From Chromera velia (Eukaryota), in assembly GCA_018398765.1 (NCBI GenBank), contig JAHBMJ010000126.1, positions 1 through 55,675 of the forward strand: DNA of 55,675 nt, written 5' to 3'. The notes below the pieces were generated by a model, which had not been told where the DNA came from, did not search any database, and saw nothing but the letters and a program-made list of their open reading frames with translations. Position numbers and translations under genes: made by a program. Positions 25,168 through 39,730 of this stretch are shown here, piece by piece (position 1 is the stretch's first letter; each line of letters starts with the position of its first letter).

Positions 25168-28161
25168 TCAACTAGACAGATGAAACCAGTTGAATGGGGC
25201 AGCTGATGCCAAACTGTGTCCGAGCAGGTCGGCAATTTGGTCTTCCGGTGGCACGATCCATGTGTCATGCTGCGTCTGGTTTTTCTGCTTTCCTCGAAGC
25301 CACACTCCATGGTGGACTTCCATGGGAAAGCTCTTAAGGGGAGGATTCTCGCCACCTTCCTTGCACTGGTAGCCCCAGGTCTCAATGTTCTTGAGACCGG
25401 GTGTGCAAGCGCAGACAAACAGGTCGTACTTCGCAAATCTGGCACTCACAGGGAGCACCAGAAATCCGATTCGCCCGTTTAATGTGCTCAAACCCTTCTC
25501 TAGCCGCCTCCTCATCGCCGCCTTCAGTTCCTCTGCACTGAACGCTTCACCATGCAGACGGATCACACCACCGAAGCTCTCCAGATCACCAGGAGCCAGG
25601 CTCTTGATGTCAGGGCATGGCTGCAGGCGTTCCCATTCCACTCCGACGGAAAGGCCCAGGAGTCGGAGCCCCAGTGCCACAGCAACCACAGCCTCCCAGG
25701 CCTTTCCATCGCCCTCGTCCACAGACCTCAAGCGGTCCAAGGTCAGTGCCAGGGCATGCACATCATCGCCATTCACCCTCGCCCCCTCGCACTGCTTGAG
25801 CATCTCTGAAAGGAATACCGGCGCAATGGAAAGCTTGTCGTTATGGTCGAGGTCAAAAAATTTCCACCAACCCATCAGCAAACCATCCGTGGGTCGGGTC
25901 CCCTCCAAGGTGACTTTGATGAGCTGCTCAAGCCAGGTTCTCCAGCCGGCAGGGTCCTTTGGTACCCCTTCTGCGTTTCTCACAAATCTTACAGGTTCCG
26001 TCTGCTCTCGAAGGCTGGAGACAAGGAGACCCGGTGAACGTCCGAAGTACGCTGCTTCCCCGCGCGCCGTCACCCCTAAGTGCTTTGCATCTTCCCATTC
26101 AGTGACCTTCAGGAGCGGCAGTTGCTGAAGGCACACGAGACGTTCAGAATTTGAGAGGGGGAACTTTTGCTCGAGCTGGCTCAGGGCAGTGGGGGTTTCG
26201 AAGGTATGCGAGCTGAAGCCAAACAGCCGTCCTGCTGGTTTCATGAATTCGTCCTTCAGAAATCCGTATAGGTCACCCACCTGCGCGCGGTATTGGACTT
26301 CGGGCACCCTCTTCTCCAGCATGTTGGCGAGGCCTAAGAGGGCGTTCAGCTCATCAACAAGCAGGACGCAGTCCTTGCCCGATAGATGATCTTGAATGAG
26401 CTTTCTCGAAACAGTGTGCTGCGAGCGCCAGGCGGCGAAGTTTTGGGCGACCTTTCTCTGTGCCGGAAGCAATGCCCACGCAACACGAATCAACAGGCAG
26501 TCCAGGAGCGACACCTGACTGTGGAGGAGCACATCTTCCTCTTCAGCCATCGAAAGGTCGGTGTGATCCTTTCCGTTGAATGAGACAAATATAGTGTTCC
26601 CCAACATGATGGCCAGCTCTTTCAGTGCCCGGGTCTTCCCACCTCGACTGAAACGCACAACTGCAAGAGGCTGCACCATTCCGTCCCTGTCATCGCACCT
26701 CTCTTTCTGCCTCCTGATCACCAAAGACGTCTGCTCTATCCAGTCTCTTGGAAGAAATTCGCATCTGTCAATATCGGCCAGAAGCGGCTTGATCTCCTTG
26801 TCATCGATGGGCAGTAATGCGTCACTGCTGAGAGCCGATAGCGCTGATCTTCGCCGTTTTCTGTCCTGTCCGTCGTCTGCACAACAATACATACAGAAGA
26901 ATGAAATGGAACGTCACGTCCTGAGACAAAGTCATATGCAGCAATGCAGCAGCATCCAACACTCAAAAGCTCGAGACCCCTCCCGCCTGACTTCACGTGC
27001 CGGCAGCATGCACGGTGGTTCCGCGGCCATCCATAATGCAGCGACACGCACAGCATGTACGCACGCGCACTTCAATCTGGAGACATCGAATGCAGCCAGC
27101 CAGACCACATTCAATCTGGAGACACCAAACGTATGCTGGGGAAATTTTCGTTCCGGCAAAGAAGAAAAGGGGAAGGCCCGCAGACACCCTCACGGCACGT
27201 CAGTTTACAGCATGCTGGAGAAATTTTCGTTCGGCCCGCTCCCGTCTAGCTGACTTCCGCGACCATCCCTGATGCACCGGCCCCGGACTCGCACGCGTAC
27301 TTCAATCTAGCAGAGCTGGACACGTCGAATCGACCAGGCACACGCACGCACGCACGCACGCATACGGGAAGCGCAGCCACAGAGGTAGCTGACGGGCACG
27401 CACGCACGCGGGAAAAAGTCGATCTAAAGAGATTGCTGGAGAAAAATTCGGGGAGAAGGTGACGGCCGCCAAGCACAGCGCTCAATAGAAGGCAGATGGA
27501 TCGTTGATCACTCACCAGCTTCTGAGTCATCAAACTGCTTCCTGAGATTCAGTCTCTTCTCAAGACTCAACTTGTTGAACTCCTCTTCTGAGCCGCCGCT
27601 TTCAATCAGCCATTGTCGGAAACCTTCATAGAGGTTCTTCCAAGGACTGGCAGAAGTGTTCCCGTGGTACGCATGAGCGAGCCGGTTCTTCGTCTTGTTC
27701 GACAGCGCCCACTCTGCACCACACAGACAGCCAGCATCTACAGAATTCATAGAGAGGATGGGCGACACAACTGGTGGGGAGAAGAACGAGCGGCAGAGAG
27801 CAGACACATAACCTCGACGGCATGAAAATTGCCTGGGAGAATGGCAAGCGAGGAATCGACGGGACCGCGGACTCAAATTGACTTGCACCTGACGTCTCGA
27901 GGACTGCTGACTGCACCTCCCCAAAACCGACCTGCAGCAACGTCGGTGTCCGCTCCCCCGTGGCGCGGCTCCTCAAACGGCTCGCCTCCTCGCACAACGT
28001 CGCGGAACTGCTGCACAGAAGAGAAAGAAGCACAGTGTGCAACGCGACAGCGTACGACCTAGCGAACACAAGGGATAGAGGCAGCCGACTCACCGTGTTC
28101 TGGAGCTTCGACGCCCGATTCGCGTCACAGCCATCACGCCCACCCCGAAGCTGCTCAAGAC
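25168..28161 (-). CDS. Crinkler/RHS (CR)-type effector-like protein: helical header, P-loop NTPase, PD-(D/E)xK nuclease; exons 28161-28094, 27931-27889, 27713-27516, 26876-25168; 5' end unresolved
   Basis: Walker A variant RFSRGGKT, IFVSFN, Walker B VLLVDELN, FGFSSH, GDGKAWE helix, P..ARFAKYD...GYQCK nuclease motif. The upstream exons splice in phase. Confidence 0.75.
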
Positions 28162-30314
28162 CTGCAAGCAGGAAAGGAAAGGAAAAACGAGGGAGAAACG
28201 GAATGCAGTCAAACAGCAACAGAGAGTCCCGAGCCGGACGTAATGGGCGTGCGGACCGCGTACGCGGAAGATGCAAAAGACACCCGCTGACCAACGTACC
28301 CCGGGGAGGCCTTGCAGTCTCAACTCCTCTCCGCCCCCCACCCGCACCCCCGAACAGCCCTCGGCCGGGACCGCCACCTCCAGGACGGCCATGAGGCCCC
28401 GCTCCCCTGGGGTTCCTGACAACTGCAGGAAAAAAGGGCGGAATCGAACTCATGCATGAACACGGAGACAGCCAGAAAGAACGCAACCGGACCGAGAGGG
28501 GCGGGGCGAAAACGAGCAGACACCTGGAGAGGGGGAAAAGGGAAGAAGAGCAAGACCCAACTAGGGGTCCCAATACGAGAGACCTGTGCGATTGGAAGCC
28601 GAAGAACCCTGTTGTACTCTCTTTCGTTTTGCATCGCGGGTGTACTTTACGTCATTTCTCGCGCGTTTGTTCGGCCAGACTGAAGAAAGCAAACTGAAGG
28701 AGGGAAACAAATCTGCCGACGTACTGTCGTCGTGTTGGAGGGGAACCCACACCCTCACGCGCTCCTTGGACTCCGACTGTCCTCCCCGCAGGTGCACCAA
28801 GCCGCCTGAAAGACGCAGAAAACACAAGAATCCTTGCGAGCTTCGATTCCTCGTAGGAGAAAGACAAACCGAGAAAAGCGGAACGACATTCCAGACAGAC
28901 ATTCCTGCATCGACTGCATGGCTGTAGCAAGAACAAGCGGTCATGCGGCAAAACGCGAAGACAGACCTCTCAAGTTCCCGTCGTCAGCTCCCGCTTTGCC
29001 CTGGATCTTCGAACCTGCAAAGAGAAGAGATAGAAGGAGACTTCGTGCACGGCTCGACGCTAGATGCGCCCGGATGTTGGAGACTGCCTCGAAGTCTCTC
29101 CCGTCTACACAAAGGCGTGTACAGCACCACAATTACTGTCCCTCGGTTCTGACTGCAGCCCACGCGACATTCCTAAGCCGGCAGTGCACCGCAGAAGGAC
29201 CGACCTACCTGTGCAAACACCGCCTCGCTGGGAGGCTGAGTCCTCCCCGTTCCCGTGGAGCGGTGTCGCCTCCCAAGTGCTCCGACGGCCCATTCTGGCC
29301 CCTGCAGAGACAGCGCTCTATCGAAAGACCGTGAGGGCGTTGCGGTACTCTACTGCTCTCGTGCAGCAGTGACGGGAAACGAATAAAAAGGAAAGGCAGA
29401 CAAGAATGGGCGACAAGAAGCTGAAGAGCCTTGCCGTTCTCTACTGCTTCTGCACTTCTCGTGCCCACAAAACGAAGAAGGACCGCAGCGAAAAAAGGGA
29501 AAGACTCGCTGCTGACCTTCACATCCCGAATCCAGTCCCCGATCCCTCAGAGACCCCAGATCCCCGACCAAACCTGCAGTAAAGCCAGGCATATATGAAA
29601 AATTAGGGCCCCTTTCGTTTGTCCGGTCCAAAGCTAAAGAACCGTGCTGTACTCTGCAATTCTTTCGTTCGCGTGCCCGTGTACAGAAAGAATGCGAAGA
29701 CGGACCTGCCAACGTGCCCTCCTTGCGTCGGAGAAAGACTGGGGAGCAACGGGCCTCCATGACGTCGCACTCCCGCCCCCCAGTGGCCGATTTCTGCCCG
29801 TCACCTGTCGGAGCAGCGCTGCCTGCAAGAAAGAAAGCGAGCTGTCCGATTGAAATCCGGAAGCACCGAGAAACGGAAAGTCACGCAGTCTTGGACGTTC
29901 CGAGCAGACGTTAAAGAACCTTGCCCTACTCTATGTGCGCACGTCTTCGGCTGTAATGAGCACATGAACAGAAAGACAGACCTGTCGAAGCACCGCTTTG
30001 ATGTCCCGTTTTGCCCAGCCCCTCCCGCCAGGCTGCAGGCACAGTGTCACACGAGCACGCAGAGGGTCCCACAGCAGGAAGCAACAGTGCTGCATGCGAA
30101 AAGAAAGAGACGACCGAATAGACCGAAGGCTTTGCACCCACGATCACAAATCGTTGCAGCACCGTCGTTCGTGACCCACAACTGCTGAACCTCACAGTAA
30201 TGCATGCATACAAACGGAACGAGACTGTCACTGGCCATGGCCTTCGCTGCAGAAAACTTCCCCGACCAAGTCTGTAGAACCGGGAACAGACCTGTTGAAG
30301 TTGCGTCGACGTCC

Positions 30315-30490
30315 GCTCCCGCTCTACACCCCGCTCTGACTCTATACGCCGCTCGTGCTCTACACCCCGCTCCGACTCTACACTCCGCTCTTGCTCTACA
30401 CCCCGCGCCCGCTCTACACCCCGCTCGTGCTCTACCCCCTCCGGCTCTACACTCTGCTGCAGCTCTACACACCCCTTCCGCTTTGCTCCC
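30315..30490. repeat. 18-bp minisatellite (gctctacaccccgctcnn), ~9 copies
   Basis: Translates as ALHPAP or RAGAGC repeats in the ORF track. Confidence 0.9.
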
Positions 30491-31440
30491 TGCCATCGAG
30501 ACCCTCGCCCCTGAACACAGAGACGGCAAGTCTTGCGTATGGAGTATTAATTGATCAGCGGACCAAGGGAGATGAGAGAAAATCACGCAGATTGAAAGAA
30601 CACGCAAGACGCGCCCAATCCGGACGAAGGGAATGATCGAGGCGGAACCGGGCGAAAGAAAACGGGGATCGACGTGAACTATTGAATCAGAAAACTGGCG
30701 AGCGAAAGAAGAAAAGGAAGCACCAGAAAGACTTGATGAACTGCATGGCTCGAGAGACCCACCTTCGGGGCTCGCGTAGACGTTCAAAAAGGCGTCAGAA
30801 GGGGACTGAGCCTGCAGGCAGTGTACGGGAGTGGGAGAAGATACAAAAACGGAGAATGACAAAGGCCAGGGGTTCCAACACGCAACGGAAAAAATAAACA
30901 GCAAACCCACCTCTTGTGTGAAAAGGTTAGTGTAGATGTCGTCCTTGCGCATGGTGCTCGGTCGCGCAAAGACCTCTTCCAGATGCAAAGAGCCTGTGGG
31001 AAGGGCAAGTGCAGAAACATACAAAAACAGCGTGGGAAGGCGACAACGTCAGTGGGGGCAGAAGGAAAGGGACGGGCAGCAGAAAGAAAAAATGGATAGA
31101 ATCCAATGACTTGAGAGAGAAGAGCGCCTGAACCTACAGAAAGCGACAGAAGAGAGAGACATGAGCAGAGGAAAGCGGCAGCACTACCGACGCCGAGACC
31201 GTGCAGATACAGGGGCACGATCACGATAAAGAGGCTGAACAGATAGGCAAAGGGTGACACCTCCGACCGCGGGTGACAGTTTTCCACCAAAGAAAAACCG
31301 GAAAAAGAAACCGGACGCTGCAGTCTGCTGACCTTCACATCCCGAGTCCCTCGTAGTTCCCAGGTCCCCGATGCGACCTGCAGGAAAGCCAGACAGTGAA
31401 CGAACAGGCTCTCTTCGGGCCCCTTTCGTGTGTCCGAGTC

Positions 31441-31705
31441 AACCAATCAATTAAGAAGGCAGGCAGACAATCAACCAATCAATTGAGAAGGCAGGGCAGG
31501 CGATCAAACAATCAATTGAGAAGGCAGGCAGGCGATCAACCGATCAATTAAGAAGGCAGGCAGGCGATCAACCAATCAATTGAGAAGGCAGGGCAGGCGA
31601 TCAACCAATCAATTGAGAAGGCAGGGCAGGCGATCAACCAATCAATTGAGAAGGCAGGCAGGCGATCAACCAATCAATTGAGAAGGCAGGCAGGCGATCA
31701 ACCAG
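31441..31705. repeat. 32-33-bp minisatellite aaccaatcaattgagaaggcag(g)gcaggcgatc, ~8 copies
   Basis: Direct tandem copies with no unique spacers. Confidence 0.95.
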
Positions 31706-32099
31706 TCAAGACAAGTGGCCACAACTCAGCACACAACGAAACAAAAAGTCGCAAAGACAAAAGAAAAGAAGACAAAAAAGTCCACTCAGGACCGAAACGA
31801 AGGAAAGAAAACATGCACGACAAAACAAAAAAACACACAAAAAAAGCGCCAAACAAGTAGACCCGCTCTGAGTCCTCCAGGAGGTAACCAAACCCCCGTG
31901 CCCCCGACCAGTTACAAACACAAACCTCTTGACCCTCCCTCATCAACCTTCCCTTCCCTTTTCGTCATTCCATCGCCCATGCCTCAATCCCACATTTGCA
32001 CAACAGCCGGACTCACTCGCACACCCATGCACTCTGAACGTCGTCCCACACATACAGAAAAAGAATTCTGTATGAAAATAACTTCACTCACTCACTCAC

Positions 32100-33681
32100 C
32101 CCAACATCCAGACGTATGCGGCACCATCCCCCCGTCCGTCGAGACTCTGTGCCAGAACGCCAACGGACTCGTGGTCCTCTGCGGTCGTCTGCATGGCATC
32201 ATCATCCCCGTCCCAGTCCTCCCCCCCTGCCCCTGTTGCTGAGAGGAACTCAGAGAGGTCCCCACTCCCTCCACTGTCCGCACACCTACACCCCCGTCAC
32301 TCAGCACACCCTCCGACTCCGCTCTCTGCAAAGTGATACCCTCCGTCTGCTTCTTCTGTTGCTGCACAGGTGCATGCTGATGCGTGGGCGTGAGAGTACC
32401 CTCTGCACTCTGCTGCTGTTGTTTTCTGAGATGGTGCATCAAAGTGGCGAGACCCGAAGAAGAACCTGATGCCTCAAAGTCGGTAGCCGCTGTCACTGAG
32501 GCTGCACGCGCGACCTGCAGGGGAGGAGGAATCTCCCCGGCCCCTCCTCCTGCAGCAGGGGCAGGAGGGGGCGCCCCCTCTCTGGCCGGATTCTTCAGGG
32601 GTGGCACGTCGACTCTGCTTGTTGCGGTTGCCGCCAGGGGTGATCCCCCTCCGTTTCCTGACAAGGGTGACATGGCCTCTCTCTCTCTGTCTCTTTGCCC
32701 CCCGTGGGAGAGGGCGTCTCTGTTGACGAGAGACGCCCAGCGGTCTGCTGCACTCATGCCCTCAATCGGGGTCACGGGGGGTGAGAGACGGGTGGGCTGG
32801 CTCTCGGCCTCGTCGGCAGCCTGCAGAGACACGAACCCTACGCGATGGGCACTCAAAAGCTCGACGACCCTCCCCGACAGGAAACAGTACTGATGCCCTG
32901 AGGAGGAGAAGACAACATATGCCATCGCCTTCTTCGAATTGGCCTTCGAATCCTGCCCTGATGCTGCAGCTGCACCGGTTGCCGACCGCACAAGCGGTCC
33001 CCTGATGACGTCACTCCGTCTGATCCCGTCAACCCTCGGCCAGTTGAGCCGTCTCGGGTCTGTGTACTTGGTCTCTGTGGCGGCGCGTCTGCTCTCCACC
33101 ACGAACTGCTGCAGACACGCGTGGAGCCTCCCAGACGAGGGCTGCAGGTTGGCCACTTCCAGAGTCTGGAGAGCCTCGGTGGGCATCTCGTAGCAGATGA
33201 ACGCAGGGAAACGGGTGGGAAGGGCGGCTGCCTTCGCGACTGTGTAGGTGAGGGAGTCGAACAGATAAGTGCCGGGGCCGAAATCCTGACGCTGTCGGGA
33301 CCCGTCCGGGAGTGGAGGCCAGGGAAGGGGGTCGAGGGGGATGCCGTAGATGGCGTAGTGTTCCGCTTTGGCTTGATCTGCAGGCAGGCAGGCAGGCAGG
33401 CAGGCAAGAACAGAGAACAGGTACTACAGAGTAAGGAATAAAGAGAGAAGGAAGAAGTCGGGCGTGTGGACTGTCTGCACGGACTGAATACCTGTTTGGC
33501 TTTGTTCTACCCGAGCGGGAAAGAGGATAGACGGCATGCAGATGCGAATGAAGTGGGGGAGCGGAAGATGCGTCAGCAAGGGCTGGCTCCATCCGTCCGC
33601 AAGGGAAGATCGATCCATCCGTCCCTCCCGTGGGGATCGCAACGCAACGCACCCGTGGGGAGCATCCTTCTTGGGACCCAT
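32100..33681 (-). CDS. Unknown protein, first two coding exons (33681-33492, 33377-32100); continues into smaller downstream exons
   Basis: MGPKKDAPHG...QSQT|DQAKAEHYAIYGIPLDPLPWPP...FICYEMPTEALQ...TSGCW. A 1278-nt open exon with ctgcag and gtgagt boundaries in matching phase. Confidence 0.65.
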
Positions 33682-34927
33682 GGTATGTCACCTGCAGTAG
33701 GGAATCGGGAAACGGCAAGGGGAATGTTGTCGGAGTGACAACGGGAGACTCCCTCAGTGACGGCGCAAGTGAAAAGTAGAGTCTCACCTCTCTCGTGATT
33801 CCTCCAGTGGAATCCTATGGGCCCTCCCGTGCCGATCCTCTAGCCTGTCTAGAGGTCTCCTCAAACTGCTGTACTCCTAAATTCCTGGCCCTCTCCTACT
33901 AGAGGACCTCAGCGAATACGTTGACTGAACGTACTCGTCTAGACCGATACAGATGGACGGAAATAAATATCTGATCAGTCTATTCACCAGACAGAAAGTC
34001 TATGAACCCCCACAGTCCACAGAAAGCGCCTGCTGGTGGCCTCGTGCAATACTCAGAGCACATAGAGAACTACAGAGACACATAGGGCACAGCACAGATC
34101 CTACACATGAAGCTCTGTCAATCCCTAGGTCAAGTCTCTTACTCAGACAGACGGAAACTTGAACGGCCGTGCACGTCTGTCTGCCCGTCTGAAATTAATT
34201 CGACCGGAATTAATTCTGTTGCCTCCGATGGCATAACCGCACCATCGGTCTAAAATAAATCCAATATGAAGGCCCGGAGCACACACCTACACGGTGAGTG
34301 CCTTGGATGTTTTTCTCACGCCAAAGTGCATGCAGGCCATGGCCCGGAAAGCGAAGCTGAGAGGGCACTTAACAAAAAATACACCCCCCAGACCAGACAG
34401 GAAGATCTGACGCACGCCAAGCTCGGCCCCGGAAAGACAATTCAGCTGAGGAGGCACTTTCCAAATTTAAAGCAGGGGCAACAAAAATAAATTTCGCTTT
34501 CCGGGCCATTCGCACGGAGTGCATCAGATACCATGGAACTCACAACATGCACACCTCTGTCACAAGCGCCCCGCCATGTACCCCGTGTGGACGGGCCACC
34601 GCGTGCATGCGTCGCTCTTTTCTCTGGCTCGGGGCGAAGAGACGAATGGAAAAGCCGGGACCGAAATTCACCCTCCGCGAATCTGACCAGGAAGGGGACC
34701 ATCATTTACTTTCACAAAAGACACATTCATCATCTCTCTATAGTTATCTCTTTATGTAGATTTTATAAAACACAATGGGCCAGTGATACTATTTGGCCGT
34801 AGTATTGGCATATGGGCATTGTAATGGTGGTTTATCAAACTGGTTTGCTCCGTTTTCCGGCCTTTACATCCAGTCGCATCCACATACGTCTTGATAACTT
34901 AAAGCTTTTTTGGAAACCTTCGATGGA

Positions 34928-37455
<2,528 letters not shown>

Positions 37456-38476
37456 TTCAGAGCCGGCAGATACCGCGGTATTGCACCTGGGGACGGTCAC
37501 AGATGGGGATACCCGCAGGAACGAAACAGGACGAGGATTTTGCACCGAAACGGTCCTCGAACCCTATACCCTACGCAGAAAGGAAAGAAGCGGAGTTCTG
37601 GGATGTTCTGAACTCATTCTGAACTCTGTGTGATGACCAATGCCTGGGTAAACGCCGCGCGGGGCGCCCGAAGGGCGCTCCGCGGCGCGCCGCGGAGGAA
37701 AGTTTCCTCGTGTCCGCGCCGCGCCGCGGAGCGACTTTCCAAGCTACTCTGTAGAGCCCCGCGACAAACCATTCACACAGTGAAACAAGAAACGGCGCGG
37801 TATAAAGCTCGGTTACACATAATGCTAGCGTTAAACAGTGAGGTAAAGTTGAAATGCCCACCCACTATTTTTTTCACAAATCTTTTTAAAGATTTGCAGA
37901 GGACCTCTCTAAACCTAAGTGCCACTTAAAAGTTGAAACCGCACTTTTGGATAAGCTTAAAAGTCTGCGCCGCAGGCGCGGATCTTTGAGGGTGTCTGAA
38001 AAGCTAAAGCCACATATCCGGGCGGTGTCTTGACCGTTTGTGCCGCAAGCGTAGACGGTATCTTGAAAAAGGGTGCCGTAGATATAGATCATCTTGATTA
38101 CATTTTTTCAAATGATACTTAGGTTCAAGGAGGTATTGCAGAGGAAAAAAAAAATTCCCCCTTTTTTTTATTGATATACACATATATATAGGTACGGTTT
38201 TTTACTATTAATAGGTTGTGCTGGAGGTTATACTAAGTATGATCTAGGGTATGATAGGGTATGATGGCTTTAGATGGCTTATAGACCAATTAATAATAAT
38301 AATGATAATGATCTGGTATCTATGATAATGATGATGATTGAGGGTTATGATGATTAAAGGATTAGTATGCATGCCGCGTTGTCACATAGATGGAGTGGAT
38401 TCAACCTGTTTTGTTCCGTTTGTTGATGTGATTTGTTGATGTAAGCCTGCACAGATCAGAAGGATTAACTCTACCT

Positions 38477-38527
38477 ACACACACATTCACACACAGTCAC
38501 GTACACAGTCACACACACACATAGTCA

Positions 38528-38568
<41 letters not shown>

Positions 38569-38823
38569 ACACACACATACACACATACACATTCACACAC
38601 ACATTCACATACATATTCACACACACATTCACACACACATTCACACACAGAGAGAGAGAGAGAGAGAGACAGAGAGAGAAAGAGAGCGACAGATAGACAG
38701 ACAAGACAGACAGACAATTCCGAATCGCTTCCTTTCTTTCGGACAGACAGGCAGGCAGACAGACAGACAGACAGACAGACAGACACACACACACACACAC
38801 ACACACACAGTGTCATACACACA

Positions 38824-38855
<32 letters not shown>

Positions 38856-38876
38856 TACACACACACACACACACAC

Positions 38877-38939
<63 letters not shown>

Positions 38940-39575
38940 AAGAGAGTCCCTCTCCGTGTCACGGGCCCGAACAGCTTCCGTTCACATACTTGCTCTCCCT
39001 GTCTCTGTCCGCTCACACACAAGCCCAATCGCCTTCCGTTCACATACTTGCTTTCCCTGTCTGTATCCGCTTATACACAAGCGCACACAGGCCTAATCGG
39101 CTTCCGTTCACATATTATTTGCTCTCCCTGTCTCTGTCCGCTCACACACAAGCCCAATCGCCTTCCGTTCACATACTTGCTCTCCTTGTCTCTGTCTGCT
39201 CACACACAGGTCCAATCGCCTTCCGTTCATATACTTGCTCTCTCTGTCTCTGTCCGCTCACACACAGGCCCAATCGCCTTCCGTTCATATACTTGCTCTC
39301 CCTGTCTCTGTCCGCTCACACACAGGCCCAATCGCCTTCCGTTCACATACTTGCTCTCCCTGTCTCTGCCCGCTCACACACAGGTCCATGCACTTACGCA
39401 CTCACTCTCTCACTCTCTGAATCACTCACTCTCTCACTCACTTCTCACTCACCCAATGACTTCTCACTAACTCCTTTCTCACTCACGCACTCAGGCACTC
39501 ACTCACTGACTCACTGACTCACTGACTCACTCACTCACTGACCCACTCAATCACTCACTCACTCACTCACTCAGT
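38477..39575. repeat. Microsatellite block ((CA)n, (GA)n, (GACA)n, (CACT)n) containing a ~58-bp minisatellite, ~7 copies at 38970-39385
   Basis: Unit cttccgttcacatacttgctctccctgtctctgtccgctcacacacaggcccaatcgc. Confidence 0.95.
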
Positions 39576-39730
39576 CAGGAGACGGGGGTCATCTTTCACC
39601 AAGAAAGGGCTGGAGTGAACTGGTCTGTCCGGAACTCAAAAGGGAGGGGCGAGCCGCGTAGCGGCGAGCTTAGGCTACGCTTATTGTATTGACGAAGCAG
39701 TCTACCCGTCCTCACTCCCACAAGGATTCA

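Noticed and set aside
25385..26128. 247-aa plus-strand ORF
   Set aside because: Antisense shadow of the NTPase-nuclease exon.
31441..31705. 32-33-bp repeat array resembling CRISPR in period
   Set aside because: No unique spacers, no cas genes, eukaryotic intronic context; it is a minisatellite.
38970..39385. ~58-bp array and overlapping ORFs of 140-235 aa
   Set aside because: Head-to-tail minisatellite; the ORFs are by-products of the repeat.
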